From positions 1-31,638 of the IMG/VR virus record IMGVR_UViG_3300048833_000217: 31,638 bases of DNA. The stretch is one strand, 5' to 3'. Source of the stretch: a virus (taxonomy: Duplodnaviria; Caudoviricetes). Numbering within the stretch: position 1 is the stretch's first letter; every line of letters begins with the position of its first letter. Shown here piece by piece: positions 16,172 to 24,524 of the stretch. Below the pieces are notes generated by a model. The model saw nothing but the letters and a program-made list of their open reading frames with translations. It did not search any database and was not told the DNA's origin. A program made the position numbers and the translations under genes.

Positions 16172-17652
16172 GCACCTCTGTCCCTGATAACCCCATCATC
16201 CGGTTCCTGCCCTACCAGCGGGCATGGATCGAGGATCAGAGCCGGTTCAAGATCGGCATGTTCACCCGGCGCGGGGGCAAGACCTTCGGCGCGAACGGGG
16301 AGATCGTGGCCGACTGCACGAAGGCCGAGATCGAGAAGCGCAAGGTGCGCTGGACGATCCTGTCGCGGTCGGAGGCCACCGCCAAGGAGGCGATGGAAGA
16401 CGCGCTCAAGCCGATGACGCGGGCCTATTACGCCGTCTTGAAGGGCCTTTCAAACCGCCCGAAACCCATCTTCACCGAAGACGAGTTCCACGTGCCGGCG
16501 CATGTGAAGGAGGTCCGCCAGGGCGACCGAACCTTCATGATCGAGGTGCCGGACGCGCGCTACAAGACGCAGGAGGTGCATTTTCCGGGCGGTAGCCGCG
16601 TGGTGGCTCTTTCGGCCAGCCCGGATTCGGCGCGAGGCTTTGGCGGCAACCTGCTACTCGACGAGTTCGCCTTCCATGCCGACAGCCGCCGCATCTGGGG
16701 TTCGGCCTTCCCTGTCGCCGCGCGGGGCGGTCACAAGATCCGCGTCATCTCGACCCCGAACGGCAAGGGGAACAAGTTCTACGAGCTGATGACCACCCAG
16801 GACAACGGCTGGTCCAAGCACCACGTCGATATCTACGAGGCGGTCCGCCAGGGACTGGACGTCAACATCGACGAGTTGCGCTCTGGCATGGCCGACCAGG
16901 ACGCCTGGGCACAGGAGTTCGAGCTGGCCTGGCTCGACGAGGCCAGCGCCTGGCTCGATTACGACCTGATCTCGGCCTGCGAATCGGAGACGGCCGGGCA
17001 CCCTGACCTCTATGCCGGTGGCCTCTGCTTCGTGGGCGTCGACATCGCCGCGCGGAACGACCTCTTCGTGATCTGGGTCGTGGAACTCGTCGGTGATGTT
17101 CTCGTCACCCGCGAGATCATCGCGAAACGCCGGATCAGCTTTGCCGAGCAGGACCGCCTGCTCGACGACGTGATGAAGCGGTACCGCGTCGTGCGGCTCC
17201 GGATGGACCAGACCGGCATGGGCGAGAAGCCGGTGGAAGATGCCAAGCTGCGGCATGGCAGCACGCGGGTCGAAGGCATCCTCTTCACGCCGGCCGCCAA
17301 GCTCGACATGGCCACGACGCTCAAGGAATCGATGCAGGACCGCAAGACGCGCATCCCGGCCGGGGACCCGGCGCTCAGGTCGGACCTGCATTCGATCAAG
17401 AGTCAGGTGGGTGTCACGGGGACACGCCGGCTCATCGCCGACACCGACAGCGACGGCCACGCCGACCGCTTCTGGGCCGGGGCGCTGGCCATATCAGCCG
17501 CGAGCCTCGGCGTGACGGAATACGCCTACACGGCGGTCTCGCGGGGCGCGGGCCCCGGGGGATGGCGCGACCGGCCGGATGACTTCGACGGCAGCGAAGA
17601 CGGCGACTGGCTGCGCCAGCCGCTCGGCGCGCGGATCAGGGGACATGTGTGA
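16168..17652 (+). CDS. terL: Terminase large subunit (Mu gp28-like)
   Basis: FLPYQ, Walker A RRGGKT, ARG..GNLLLDEFAFH, ISTPNG, nuclease GVDIA and HADRFWA. Confidence 0.95.
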   Translation: MSTSVPDNPIIRFLPYQRAWIEDQSRFKIGMFTRRGGKTFGANGEIVADCTKAEIEKRKVRWTILSRSEATAKEAMEDALKPMTRAYYAVLKGLSNRPKPIFTEDEFHVPAHVKEVRQGDRTFMIEVPDARYKTQEVHFPGGSRVVALSASPDSARGFGGNLLLDEFAFHADSRRIWGSAFPVAARGGHKIRVISTPNGKGNKFYELMTTQDNGWSKHHVDIYEAVRQGLDVNIDELRSGMADQDAWAQEFELAWLDEASAWLDYDLISACESETAGHPDLYAGGLCFVGVDIAARNDLFVIWVVELVGDVLVTREIIAKRRISFAEQDRLLDDVMKRYRVVRLRMDQTGMGEKPVEDAKLRHGSTRVEGILFTPAAKLDMATTLKESMQDRKTRIPAGDPALRSDLHSIKSQVGVTGTRRLIADTDSDGHADRFWAGALAISAASLGVTEYAYTAVSRGAGPGGWRDRPDDFDGSEDGDWLRQPLGARIRGHV

Positions 17653-19295
17653 TGGCGAGAAAACCGCAACTGCTGGACCGGTGGGGCAATCCCGTCCAGT
17701 ACGACATCCTGACGGCCGAGGTGGCCGGGCCGACGCTCTCCGGCGTCCGCTCGCCGATCGCGGGCTATCCGGCCGACGGTCTCAACCCCTCCCGGCTGGC
17801 AACCATCCTGCGCGCGGCCGACGAGGGTGACCCTGTCGATTACCTCGACCTCGCCGAAGCGATCGAGGAACGGGATCCGCATTACATCGGCGTCCTCGGC
17901 ACCCGCCGCCGCTCGGTCGCGCAGCTCGAGATCACGGTCGAGGCCGCGAGCGATGCTCCCGAGGACGCGGCCAAGGCCGACCTGATCCGGGCCTGGCTGA
18001 AGCGCGACGAGTTGCAGGACGAGCTCTTCGACATGCTCGACGCCATCGGGAAGGGCTACAGCTTCACCGAAATCATCTGGGACACCTCGGCCGGCGACTG
18101 GTGGCCCGAACGCCTCGAACGGCGCGACCCGCGCTGGTTCCGCTTTGATCGGCGGGACCTCTCCACGCCGCGCCGACTTGAGGCCGCCGGATCGGAAGTT
18201 CCGCTTGACCCCTTCAAGTTCATCTTCGCGCGCATGTCGGCCAAGTCGGGCCTGCCAATGCGGTCGGGGATCGCGCGGATCGCCGCCTGGGGCTGGATGT
18301 TCAAGGCCTATACCCAGCGCGACTGGGCAATCTTCACCCAGACCTTCGGTCAGCCGCTGCGGCTGGGCAAGTACGGCCCGAACGCGTCGAAGGAGGATCG
18401 GGCCACCCTGTTCCGGGCGGTGTCGAACATCGCGGGCGACTGCGCGGCGATCATCCCCGAAAGCATGCAGATCGAGTTCGTGGAGACTGCCAATGTCGGG
18501 GCCTCGTCCGACCTCTACCTGAAGCGGGCGGATTGGCTCGACCAGCAGATCTCGAAGGCAGTTCTCGGTCAGACCGCCACCACAGATGCCGTCACCGGGG
18601 GCCTTGGGTCGGGCAAGGAACATCGGCAGGTCCAGGAGGATATCGAGCGGGCTGATGCGCGGGCGCTTGCCGCCATCATCAACCGGGACCTGATCCGGCC
18701 CTGGATGGATCTTGAGTATGGTCCGCCTGCCAACCCGCGGACGGGCTATCCCCGTCTCGTCATCGCCCGCCCGGATACCGAGGACCTCAAGCAGCTGACC
18801 GACGCGGTCGTCCAGCTCGTCCCCCTCGGCATGCGGGTCAGCATGCAGGAGATGCGCGCGAAATACGGGCTTTCGGACCCCGCTCCGGACGAGGAAACGC
18901 TCCACGCGCGGCCGCAGACGGCACCTGAGCCGCCCCCCTCGAACGGAACGCGTTCGTTAAAGGGGGTAGGAGCGTTTTTTAAAGGGGGTAAGGCCGAAGT
19001 CCGTGGGACGGAGGCCCTGCAGTCGGAAGGGGCCTCCACGGGGCTCCTATCGCCTCCCGCTCCGACCGAGGTGATCACGGATCGTCTGACGACCGAGGCA
19101 GCGCCGGGCATGGAGGCGATGCTGAGCAAGATCGAGGCGATGCTGGCCGCAGCCTCCTCCTTCGACGAGTTCGCCGAAATGCTCAAGGTCGGGCTGCCGG
19201 AGATCGATGCCGGGACGCTGGCGGCAATCCTGGCCGATGCGATGATGGCGGCCGACCTTGGCGGTCGTGCAGAGGTTGACGCCGAGAATGGCTGA
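17652..19295 (+). CDS. Portal protein (DUF935, Mu gp29-like)
   Basis: 'EERDPH', 'DAIGKGYSFTEIIW', 'FGQPLRLGKY', 'QISKAVLGQT', 'INRDLIRP'. Confidence 0.95.
   Translation: MARKPQLLDRWGNPVQYDILTAEVAGPTLSGVRSPIAGYPADGLNPSRLATILRAADEGDPVDYLDLAEAIEERDPHYIGVLGTRRRSVAQLEITVEAASDAPEDAAKADLIRAWLKRDELQDELFDMLDAIGKGYSFTEIIWDTSAGDWWPERLERRDPRWFRFDRRDLSTPRRLEAAGSEVPLDPFKFIFARMSAKSGLPMRSGIARIAAWGWMFKAYTQRDWAIFTQTFGQPLRLGKYGPNASKEDRATLFRAVSNIAGDCAAIIPESMQIEFVETANVGASSDLYLKRADWLDQQISKAVLGQTATTDAVTGGLGSGKEHRQVQEDIERADARALAAIINRDLIRPWMDLEYGPPANPRTGYPRLVIARPDTEDLKQLTDAVVQLVPLGMRVSMQEMRAKYGLSDPAPDEETLHARPQTAPEPPPSNGTRSLKGVGAFFKGGKAEVRGTEALQSEGASTGLLSPPAPTEVITDRLTTEAAPGMEAMLSKIEAMLAAASSFDEFAEMLKVGLPEIDAGTLAAILADAMMAADLGGRAEVDAENG
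18957..18990. repeat. 12-bp direct repeat TTAAAGGGGGTA x2 (22-bp period) inside the portal gene
   Basis: Copies at 18957-18968 and 18979-18990, preceded by palindrome GAACGCGTTC (18946-18955). Confidence 0.85.
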
Positions 19296-20553
19296 GCCCT
19301 TCATCGGCGATTTCCGTCGCCCGTTTCCGGAGATGATCGCGGCACTCCGACTGCGGATCGCCAATCCTATCCCGACCGCAAGGTGGGACGACTATGCCGG
19401 GGCCTATCATGACCGCGCCGGCATGGTGGCCGGAGCGGTCAAGGCAGACCTGATCACGGACCTACTCGCCGCGGTCGAGGCGGCCAAGGTCAACGGGACG
19501 GGCTTCACCGCCTTCCAGAGCGACTTTCGGGCAATCGTCGAAAAGCACGGCTGGCACGGCTGGACCGGTGAGGGCACCGCCAAAGGCGAAGCCTGGCGCA
19601 TGAAGGTCATCTACCGCACCAATGTCTCGACAGCCTACGCAGCCGGCCGCTGGGCCCAGCTGAAGGCGCGCGGCTTCAAGCTCCTTGTCTATCGCCACAG
19701 CGGTTCGGAGCATCCGCGTCTCCAGCACCTCGCCTGGAATGGCCTGGTCGTGCCGATCGACCATCCGTTCTGGGTGGCCCATTATCCGCCGAACGGATGG
19801 GGCTGCCGGTGCAAGGTGCGGGGTGCCATGTCGCCCTCAGGTGCCCGCGACCTTGGCGGAGATCCGTCCAAGGATCTGCCGGCCGACTGGGACAAGATCG
19901 ATCCGCGGACCGGCGCGCCGCCCGGGATCGGCAAGGGGTGGGACCACGCGCCCGGCCGGACCGTCGAGGACGCGATCCGGACCATGGCGGCGAAGGCCGT
20001 GAACTGGCCGTATGAGGTCGGCAAGGCCTTCATGGCGGATCTGCCCGATGGTGCCGGCGATCTCTTCGCCCGGACGTTCCGGAGCCTGCCGTCGCAACAG
20101 AACGAGTTGCGCCGCTTCGTCGAGCGCGTGCTGGGTGAGCGCAATGGCGCGCCGATCGATCCTGCAATCAACGTCGAGCCGCAGCGGTCCCTGGGACTGC
20201 TGACCGCGGCCGAGCGCGACCAAGTGCGCGCGCTCACAGGGACCGATCCCAGAGGCTTCGACTTCACGGTTGACCGCGATGCCATCATCCACATCCGCAA
20301 CCGTCATTCGGACGCGGCGCTGGAAGCGAGCCGCAACCAGCGGCCGGTGGAGCCGGCCGACTACCGGCTTCTCGCCGAGCTGCTGATCTCGCCGGATACG
20401 GTCGAGCGTGGCGAAGAGGGTCAGGGACGACAGGCGATCCTGAAATACACGCGGCGGATCGGCAATGACCGGATCGTCGCGTTGTTCGAGGTGAGGACCG
20501 GCCGCAAGCGGCTGTCGCTGGTCACGTTCTGGATCGAGAGGGTCGCCGGCTGA
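19288..20553 (+). CDS. MuF (gp30) head morphogenesis protein with C-terminal PBECR-like nuclease domain (421 aa)
   Basis: MuF motifs 'IYRTN...AY.AGRW', 'HPRLQH..W.G', 'HYPPNGWGCRCKV', 'GWDHAPG'; extension 'DAIIHIRNRH...Q.P....DY..L.ELL.SPD...ALFEVRTGRKRLSLVTFW'. Confidence 0.88.
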   Translation: MAEPFIGDFRRPFPEMIAALRLRIANPIPTARWDDYAGAYHDRAGMVAGAVKADLITDLLAAVEAAKVNGTGFTAFQSDFRAIVEKHGWHGWTGEGTAKGEAWRMKVIYRTNVSTAYAAGRWAQLKARGFKLLVYRHSGSEHPRLQHLAWNGLVVPIDHPFWVAHYPPNGWGCRCKVRGAMSPSGARDLGGDPSKDLPADWDKIDPRTGAPPGIGKGWDHAPGRTVEDAIRTMAAKAVNWPYEVGKAFMADLPDGAGDLFARTFRSLPSQQNELRRFVERVLGERNGAPIDPAINVEPQRSLGLLTAAERDQVRALTGTDPRGFDFTVDRDAIIHIRNRHSDAALEASRNQRPVEPADYRLLAELLISPDTVERGEEGQGRQAILKYTRRIGNDRIVALFEVRTGRKRLSLVTFWIERVAG

Positions 20554-20626
20554 CCGTCCACGTAACGCCCGAAGCGCTCCCGCACCCCGAGTGCGGTCGT
20601 TCGATGCCAGCCGACAGTGGGAGACC
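20547..20626 (+). ncRNA. Candidate structured RNA directly after the MuF-nuclease ORF
   Basis: Several short helices in about 80 nt (see findings); no ORF with a ribosome-binding site. Confidence 0.4.
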
Positions 20627-20631
20627 TAGGC

Positions 20632-21135
20632 ATGATCACCATCGAAATCAACGACGCTCTTGTAGCGGCCGCCCTCGATCGGCTTGCAGCGCGGATGGCC
20701 GACATGAGTCCGGTGATGGCCGAGATCGCCGAGCTGATGCTCGACGGGGTGATGGAGGGGTTCGCCAGCGGAACCTCACCCGACGGCCTGCCCTGGGCGC
20801 GGAAGTCAGCCGTCACGCTGGAGGCCTATGCCCGGCGCGGCCTGAGGGTTGATCAACGGCCACTTCACGGGCCTACGGGCGAGCTCAGCAGCGAGGAAAA
20901 CTACCACACCGAGGTCGGCCCCGACTTCGTGCGGCTCGCCACCAATGTCGTCTACGCAGCCGCAATGCAGTTCGGAATGGCCCAGGGCGCGGCCGGCCGC
21001 ACGAAGCGCGGCGGACCGATCCCTTGGGGCAACATTCCGGCCAGGCCGTTTCTTGGCTTGTCAGAGCGGACCTCCGCACTTGTGGTTGAAGCGATCGAAC
21101 GGGCGATCCGGAACGAAATCGCAGATGGCGGTTGA
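20632..21135 (+). CDS. Phage virion morphogenesis protein (Mu gpG/gp31-like, 167 aa)
   Basis: 'F..GTSPDG.PW', 'TNVVYAAAMQFG', 'IPARPFLGLS'. Confidence 0.92.
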   Translation: MITIEINDALVAAALDRLAARMADMSPVMAEIAELMLDGVMEGFASGTSPDGLPWARKSAVTLEAYARRGLRVDQRPLHGPTGELSSEENYHTEVGPDFVRLATNVVYAAAMQFGMAQGAAGRTKRGGPIPWGNIPARPFLGLSERTSALVVEAIERAIRNEIADGG

Positions 21136-21195
21136 CGGGGTGACCCTGACCGGGTGACCTTGCAGCGGCGCGGCCCCGCCTCGCGCAGCCCATCC

Positions 21196-21240
21196 CGCAA
21201 ACCGTTGTGCGTAGATCGCGCGGGGTCGTATCGCGACACT
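21196..21240 (+). promoter_or_regulatory. Late promoter 2 (head/tail operon): 17-bp activator box
   Basis: CGCAAACCGTTGTGCGT (21196-21212); -10-like GACACT at 21235-21240; position matches Mu pI. Confidence 0.78.
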
Positions 21241-21246
21241 GGCGGC

Positions 21247-22278
21247 ATGTCTGCTGCATCCCTCATCGCGCTGCTTGCCAGCCAGGATATCCCCGCCGCC
21301 ACTGACGCGCCGGAATGGATCCACCTCCTGCCCCCCGAGATCGCGGCGACGGTCGACTCGCGCGGCCCCTACATTGTGGGCAGTTCGCAAGAGGTGATCG
21401 CTGCATCGTTTGTCGATACCGACAAGCTCCCGATCGACGAAAACCACGCGATCGACCTCGCCGCGCCGCGGGGTGAAAGCTCGCCCGCGCGTGGCTGGAT
21501 TGTCGGCATGGAGGCGAGGGCCGACGGCATCTGGGGCAAGGTCGAGTGGAACGCCTCCGGCCGTGAACTTCTTTCGGACAGGGCCTACCGGGCCATCTCT
21601 CCGGTCGTCTCTATCACCCAAGACAAGCGTGTGATCCGCATCTTGCGGGCCTCGCTCGTGAACCGCCCGAACCTGCGCGGCCTGACCGCGCTCAACCATC
21701 AAGAGGAACCCGGCATGGACCTGACGAAGGTGCTGGAGAAGCTCGGCCTGAAGGCCGGGGCGAGCGAGGAGGACATCCTTGCCGCAATCGACAAGACGTC
21801 TGCCGCCCCGGCGACCGCGTTGCAGGCGGCAATGACCGAGATCGGCGTGGCGCTCGGCGTGACCGGTGATGACCCGGCCAAGGTCGTGGCGGCTGCGAAG
21901 GCGGTCAAGCCGACGGAGATCGTGGCGCTCCAGGCGCAAGTCCTGGAACTGACCGGCAAGCTGAGCGAAGTCACGACCGCGCAGGCGAAGGACCGGGCGG
22001 TGGCCTTCCTTGATGCCGAGCATGCCCGGGGCAACCCGATCGCGAAGTCGCGGCGTGACTACTACATCGCCCGTCACATGGAAGACCCGGCGCGGGTGGA
22101 AGGCGAACTGAAGGCAATGCAGGCGGTCCCGCCGGGCCGCGGCACCATCCCCGCAGCCACGCCGCCCGAGGGCGAGATCAGCCTGAACGCCGAGCAGCGG
22201 CAGGTGGCTGAGCTCCTCGGCATCCCCGCCGACAAGTATCTCGAAACCCTCAAGGCCGAGCAGAAGGAGGCCCTCTGA
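21247..22278 (+). CDS. Mu-like prohead protease I (343 aa)
   Basis: 'PEWIHLLP', 'LPIDENHA', 'PARGWI', 'GIWGKVEWN', 'YRAISPV', 'ASLVNRPNL'. Confidence 0.93.
   Translation: MSAASLIALLASQDIPAATDAPEWIHLLPPEIAATVDSRGPYIVGSSQEVIAASFVDTDKLPIDENHAIDLAAPRGESSPARGWIVGMEARADGIWGKVEWNASGRELLSDRAYRAISPVVSITQDKRVIRILRASLVNRPNLRGLTALNHQEEPGMDLTKVLEKLGLKAGASEEDILAAIDKTSAAPATALQAAMTEIGVALGVTGDDPAKVVAAAKAVKPTEIVALQAQVLELTGKLSEVTTAQAKDRAVAFLDAEHARGNPIAKSRRDYYIARHMEDPARVEGELKAMQAVPPGRGTIPAATPPEGEISLNAEQRQVAELLGIPADKYLETLKAEQKEAL
21715..22278 (+). CDS. Nested in-frame scaffold protein (Mu Z-like, 187 aa)
   Basis: AAGAGGA SD before internal ATG21715 right after the protease domain; same arrangement as Mu I/Z. 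Confidence 0.65.
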   Translation: MDLTKVLEKLGLKAGASEEDILAAIDKTSAAPATALQAAMTEIGVALGVTGDDPAKVVAAAKAVKPTEIVALQAQVLELTGKLSEVTTAQAKDRAVAFLDAEHARGNPIAKSRRDYYIARHMEDPARVEGELKAMQAVPPGRGTIPAATPPEGEISLNAEQRQVAELLGIPADKYLETLKAEQKEAL

Positions 22279-22709
22279 TGCCGTTGACCGCTGACCGCAA
22301 CACCCAGACCTGGCAGGGCGACCGCCGTTCCGGTCCCGTGGGTGCCTCCACCCGGATCTTCGCGGGCGCCCTCGTGATGCGCAATGCCTCCGGCTTCCTC
22401 GTCCGCGGGGCCGTGGCTGTCGGCTGCTTCGGCGTCGGCATGGCCGAGGAACCCGCCGACAATACCGCCGGGGCGAACGGCGCGATCAACGTCAACTACC
22501 GGACGGGGATCACCGCGCGGTTCCGCAACTCCACCGCGGGCGATCTGATCGTCCAGGCGGATGTGGGCGGCATCGCCTGGATCGCCGACGACGACCAGGT
22601 CGCCAAGACCAACGGCACCAACACCCGCTCGCGGGCCGGCATCATCGAAGCGGTCGACGCCCAGGGCGTCTGGGTCCGTCTCGACGAAGCCATCACCCGC
22701 GCTGCCTGA
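22278..22709 (+). CDS. Head decoration/cement protein (143 aa)
   Basis: Between protease and capsid genes; Gly/Ala-rich beta protein 'LTADRNT...DDDQVAKT.G..TRS.AG.I..VD..GVWV'. Confidence 0.78.
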   Translation: MPLTADRNTQTWQGDRRSGPVGASTRIFAGALVMRNASGFLVRGAVAVGCFGVGMAEEPADNTAGANGAINVNYRTGITARFRNSTAGDLIVQADVGGIAWIADDDQVAKTNGTNTRSRAGIIEAVDAQGVWVRLDEAITRAA

Positions 22710-22720
22710 GGAGAGACAGG

Positions 22721-23614
22721 ATGATCATCAGCCAACCGAACCTCGACGCCCTGCGCGTCGGCTTCAAGTCCGAGTTCCAGCGTGGGCTCGGCATGGCACC
22801 CACCATGCGCGACCGCGTCGCCATGACGGTGCGATCGACCACCTTCGAGAGCCGCTACGGCTGGCTTCGCAAGCTTGCCGGCATGCGGGAATGGATCGGC
22901 GCGCGTGTCGTCGACAACGTGGCCGAGAGCTCCTACTCGATCACCAACCGGCACTTCGAGAAGACGATCGGCGTCGACCGCAATGACATCGAGGACGACA
23001 ACCTCGGCCAGTACTCGACCATGTTCGCCGAACTGGGCGAGCTCGCCGCGGCGCTGCCCGAGCAGCTCGTCTGGTCGCTTCTGGCCGCGGGCTTCACCAC
23101 GAACTGCTGGGACGGCCAGTTCTTCTTCGACACCGACCACCCGATCACCGATGCCAACGGCAACGACACGATCTTCGCGAATACGGACGGCGGCGGCGGC
23201 ACGGCCTGGTTCCTGCTCTGCACCAACCGGACGGTGAAGCCGATCATCTACCAGGAGCGCAAGCCCGTCGAGTTCGTGAACAAGGACCGCCCGACGGACG
23301 ACAACGTCTTCAACGACCGGATGTTCTTCTATGGGGCCGACCTGCGCTGCAACGTGGGCTACGGGTTCCCGCAGATGGCATGGGGCTCGCGCCAGACGCT
23401 GAACGGCGCGAACTATGCCATCGGCCGTGCGGCGATCCAGAACATGAAGGGCGATGGCGGGCGGCCTCTCGGCCTGATCCCGAACCTGCTCGTTGTTCCG
23501 CCCTCGCTCGAAAGTGCGGGTCGCCAGATCCTCAATTCCGAGTACGGCACCGGCGGCATCACCAACGAGTGGAAGGGCACGGCCGAGCTTCTCGTGGTGC
23601 CCTGGCTCGCCTGA
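22721..23614 (+). CDS. Mu-like major head subunit gpT (297 aa)
   Basis: 'YGWL.....MREWIG.R', 'RNDIEDDNLG.Y', 'DGQFFFDTDHP', 'GYGFPQMA', 'LLVVPP.LE'. Confidence 0.96.
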   Translation: MIISQPNLDALRVGFKSEFQRGLGMAPTMRDRVAMTVRSTTFESRYGWLRKLAGMREWIGARVVDNVAESSYSITNRHFEKTIGVDRNDIEDDNLGQYSTMFAELGELAAALPEQLVWSLLAAGFTTNCWDGQFFFDTDHPITDANGNDTIFANTDGGGGTAWFLLCTNRTVKPIIYQERKPVEFVNKDRPTDDNVFNDRMFFYGADLRCNVGYGFPQMAWGSRQTLNGANYAIGRAAIQNMKGDGGRPLGLIPNLLVVPPSLESAGRQILNSEYGTGGITNEWKGTAELLVVPWLA

Positions 23615-23618
23615 ACAT

Positions 23619-23694
23619 GACCGCCTGACGGCGGTCGGCTTTGCAGGGGGGCGGACGGATGGTGCATTGCGCCCGCCCCCTCACTGAGCCGACC
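23619..23694 (+). ncRNA. Structured RNA element downstream of gpT (possibly Mu-gpT-DE-type motif)
   Basis: GACCGCC/GGCGGTC hairpin; GGTCGGCT/AGCCGACC outer stem; GGGGGCGG/CCGCCCCC inner stem. Confidence 0.55.
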
Positions 23695-23707
23695 CGGAGA
23701 GAACATC

Positions 23708-23980
23708 ATGAACGACGAGACCAAGAAAGCCGACGAGATCAGGAAGGATGCCGTGACAAAACCTGCGCCGCCCTCCGCCGAAAAACCCAAGGCCAAGGCC
23801 GACAAGGTCCGGCGCGTTGTGCGCGTCGTGGCCAAACAGCCCTCGCGCTGGCGGATCGGCCGCAAGTTCGGGCCCGAGCCCGTCGATATCGACGCCGACG
23901 AGCTGACCGAGGATGACATCCGCCGGCTTGAGGATGACCCGCTTCTCGTCGTCACGGATCACCCCCTGCCGGGTGCCTGA
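23708..23980 (+). CDS. Mu gp35/HI1506-like protein (90 aa)
   Basis: 'RWRIGRKFGPEPV.I....LTE....RLEDDPLLVV'; follows gpT. Confidence 0.8.
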   Translation: MNDETKKADEIRKDAVTKPAPPSAEKPKAKADKVRRVVRVVAKQPSRWRIGRKFGPEPVDIDADELTEDDIRRLEDDPLLVVTDHPLPGA

Positions 23981-23990
23981 CGACGCGATG

Positions 23991-24053
23991 CCGACCCCGG
24001 CCGAGACCGGGGCGGACAGCAAGGCCCCGGTGCGCGCAGCACGCGCCGGGGCC
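23991..24053 (+). other. Tandem GC-rich hairpins in intergenic region
   Basis: CCGACCCCGG/CCGGGGCGG (23991-24015) and GGCCCCGGTGCG/CGCGCCGGGGCC (24023-24053). Confidence 0.55.
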
Positions 24054-24095
24054 GACTTCAAGACCACTGCAAGCCCCCTTTGAAGGACCTGTGAC

Positions 24096-24524
24096 GTGCC
24101 CTACGCGACCCTCGCCCAGCTGACCGACCGATACGGTGAAGCGATGCTGATCGCGGTCACGGACAGGGCCACGATCCCGACCCACATGATCGATACGGCG
24201 GTCATCAATCGTGCCCTGGCCGACGCGGACGCCCTGATCGACGGCTATCTGCAGGGCCGCTATGTCCTGCCGCTCGTGGCGACCCCTCCGCTTCTGACGG
24301 ACATCGCGCTCGCCGTCACGATCTGGAAGCTGCACACTTTCAAGCCCGACGAAAAGATCGAGGCCGACTACAGGTCCGCCGAGAAACAGCTCGCACAGAT
24401 CGCGGCGGGAACGATCCGCCTCTCCGTCGCCGGTGTCGAGCCGGCGGATGAGGGCGCAGGCGGCGCCGTGGTCACCGACCGCGAACGGCCGCTGACGCCC
24501 GAGTCGCTGACGGGGTTCATCTGA
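24096..24524 (+). CDS. Mu gp36/DUF1320 head-tail adaptor
   Basis: 'YAT..QL..RYG', 'ALADADALIDGYL..RY.LPL', 'Y..A...L..IA.G.I.L'. Confidence 0.92.
   Translation: MPYATLAQLTDRYGEAMLIAVTDRATIPTHMIDTAVINRALADADALIDGYLQGRYVLPLVATPPLLTDIALAVTIWKLHTFKPDEKIEADYRSAEKQLAQIAAGTIRLSVAGVEPADEGAGGAVVTDRERPLTPESLTGFI

Noticed and set aside
17526-18905. 459-aa minus-strand ORF and other long minus ORFs (16654..17460, 21061..22077, 26447..27433, 30638..31480)
   Set aside because: Each lies opposite a well-supported phage gene; shadow ORFs. The real gene at the window end is the + strand frame from 30740.
20604-20852. 82-aa ORF after MuF as a possible immunity protein
   Set aside because: Out-of-frame overlap with gpG, Arg/Gly-rich shadow composition and no SD.
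21138-21159. GGGTGACC direct repeat / weak hairpin after gpG
   Set aside because: Short, imperfect and without a U-tract; not enough to call a terminator or gyrase site.
23988-24083. 31-codon ORF in the hairpin spacer
   Set aside because: No SD; the sequence is better explained by RNA structure.
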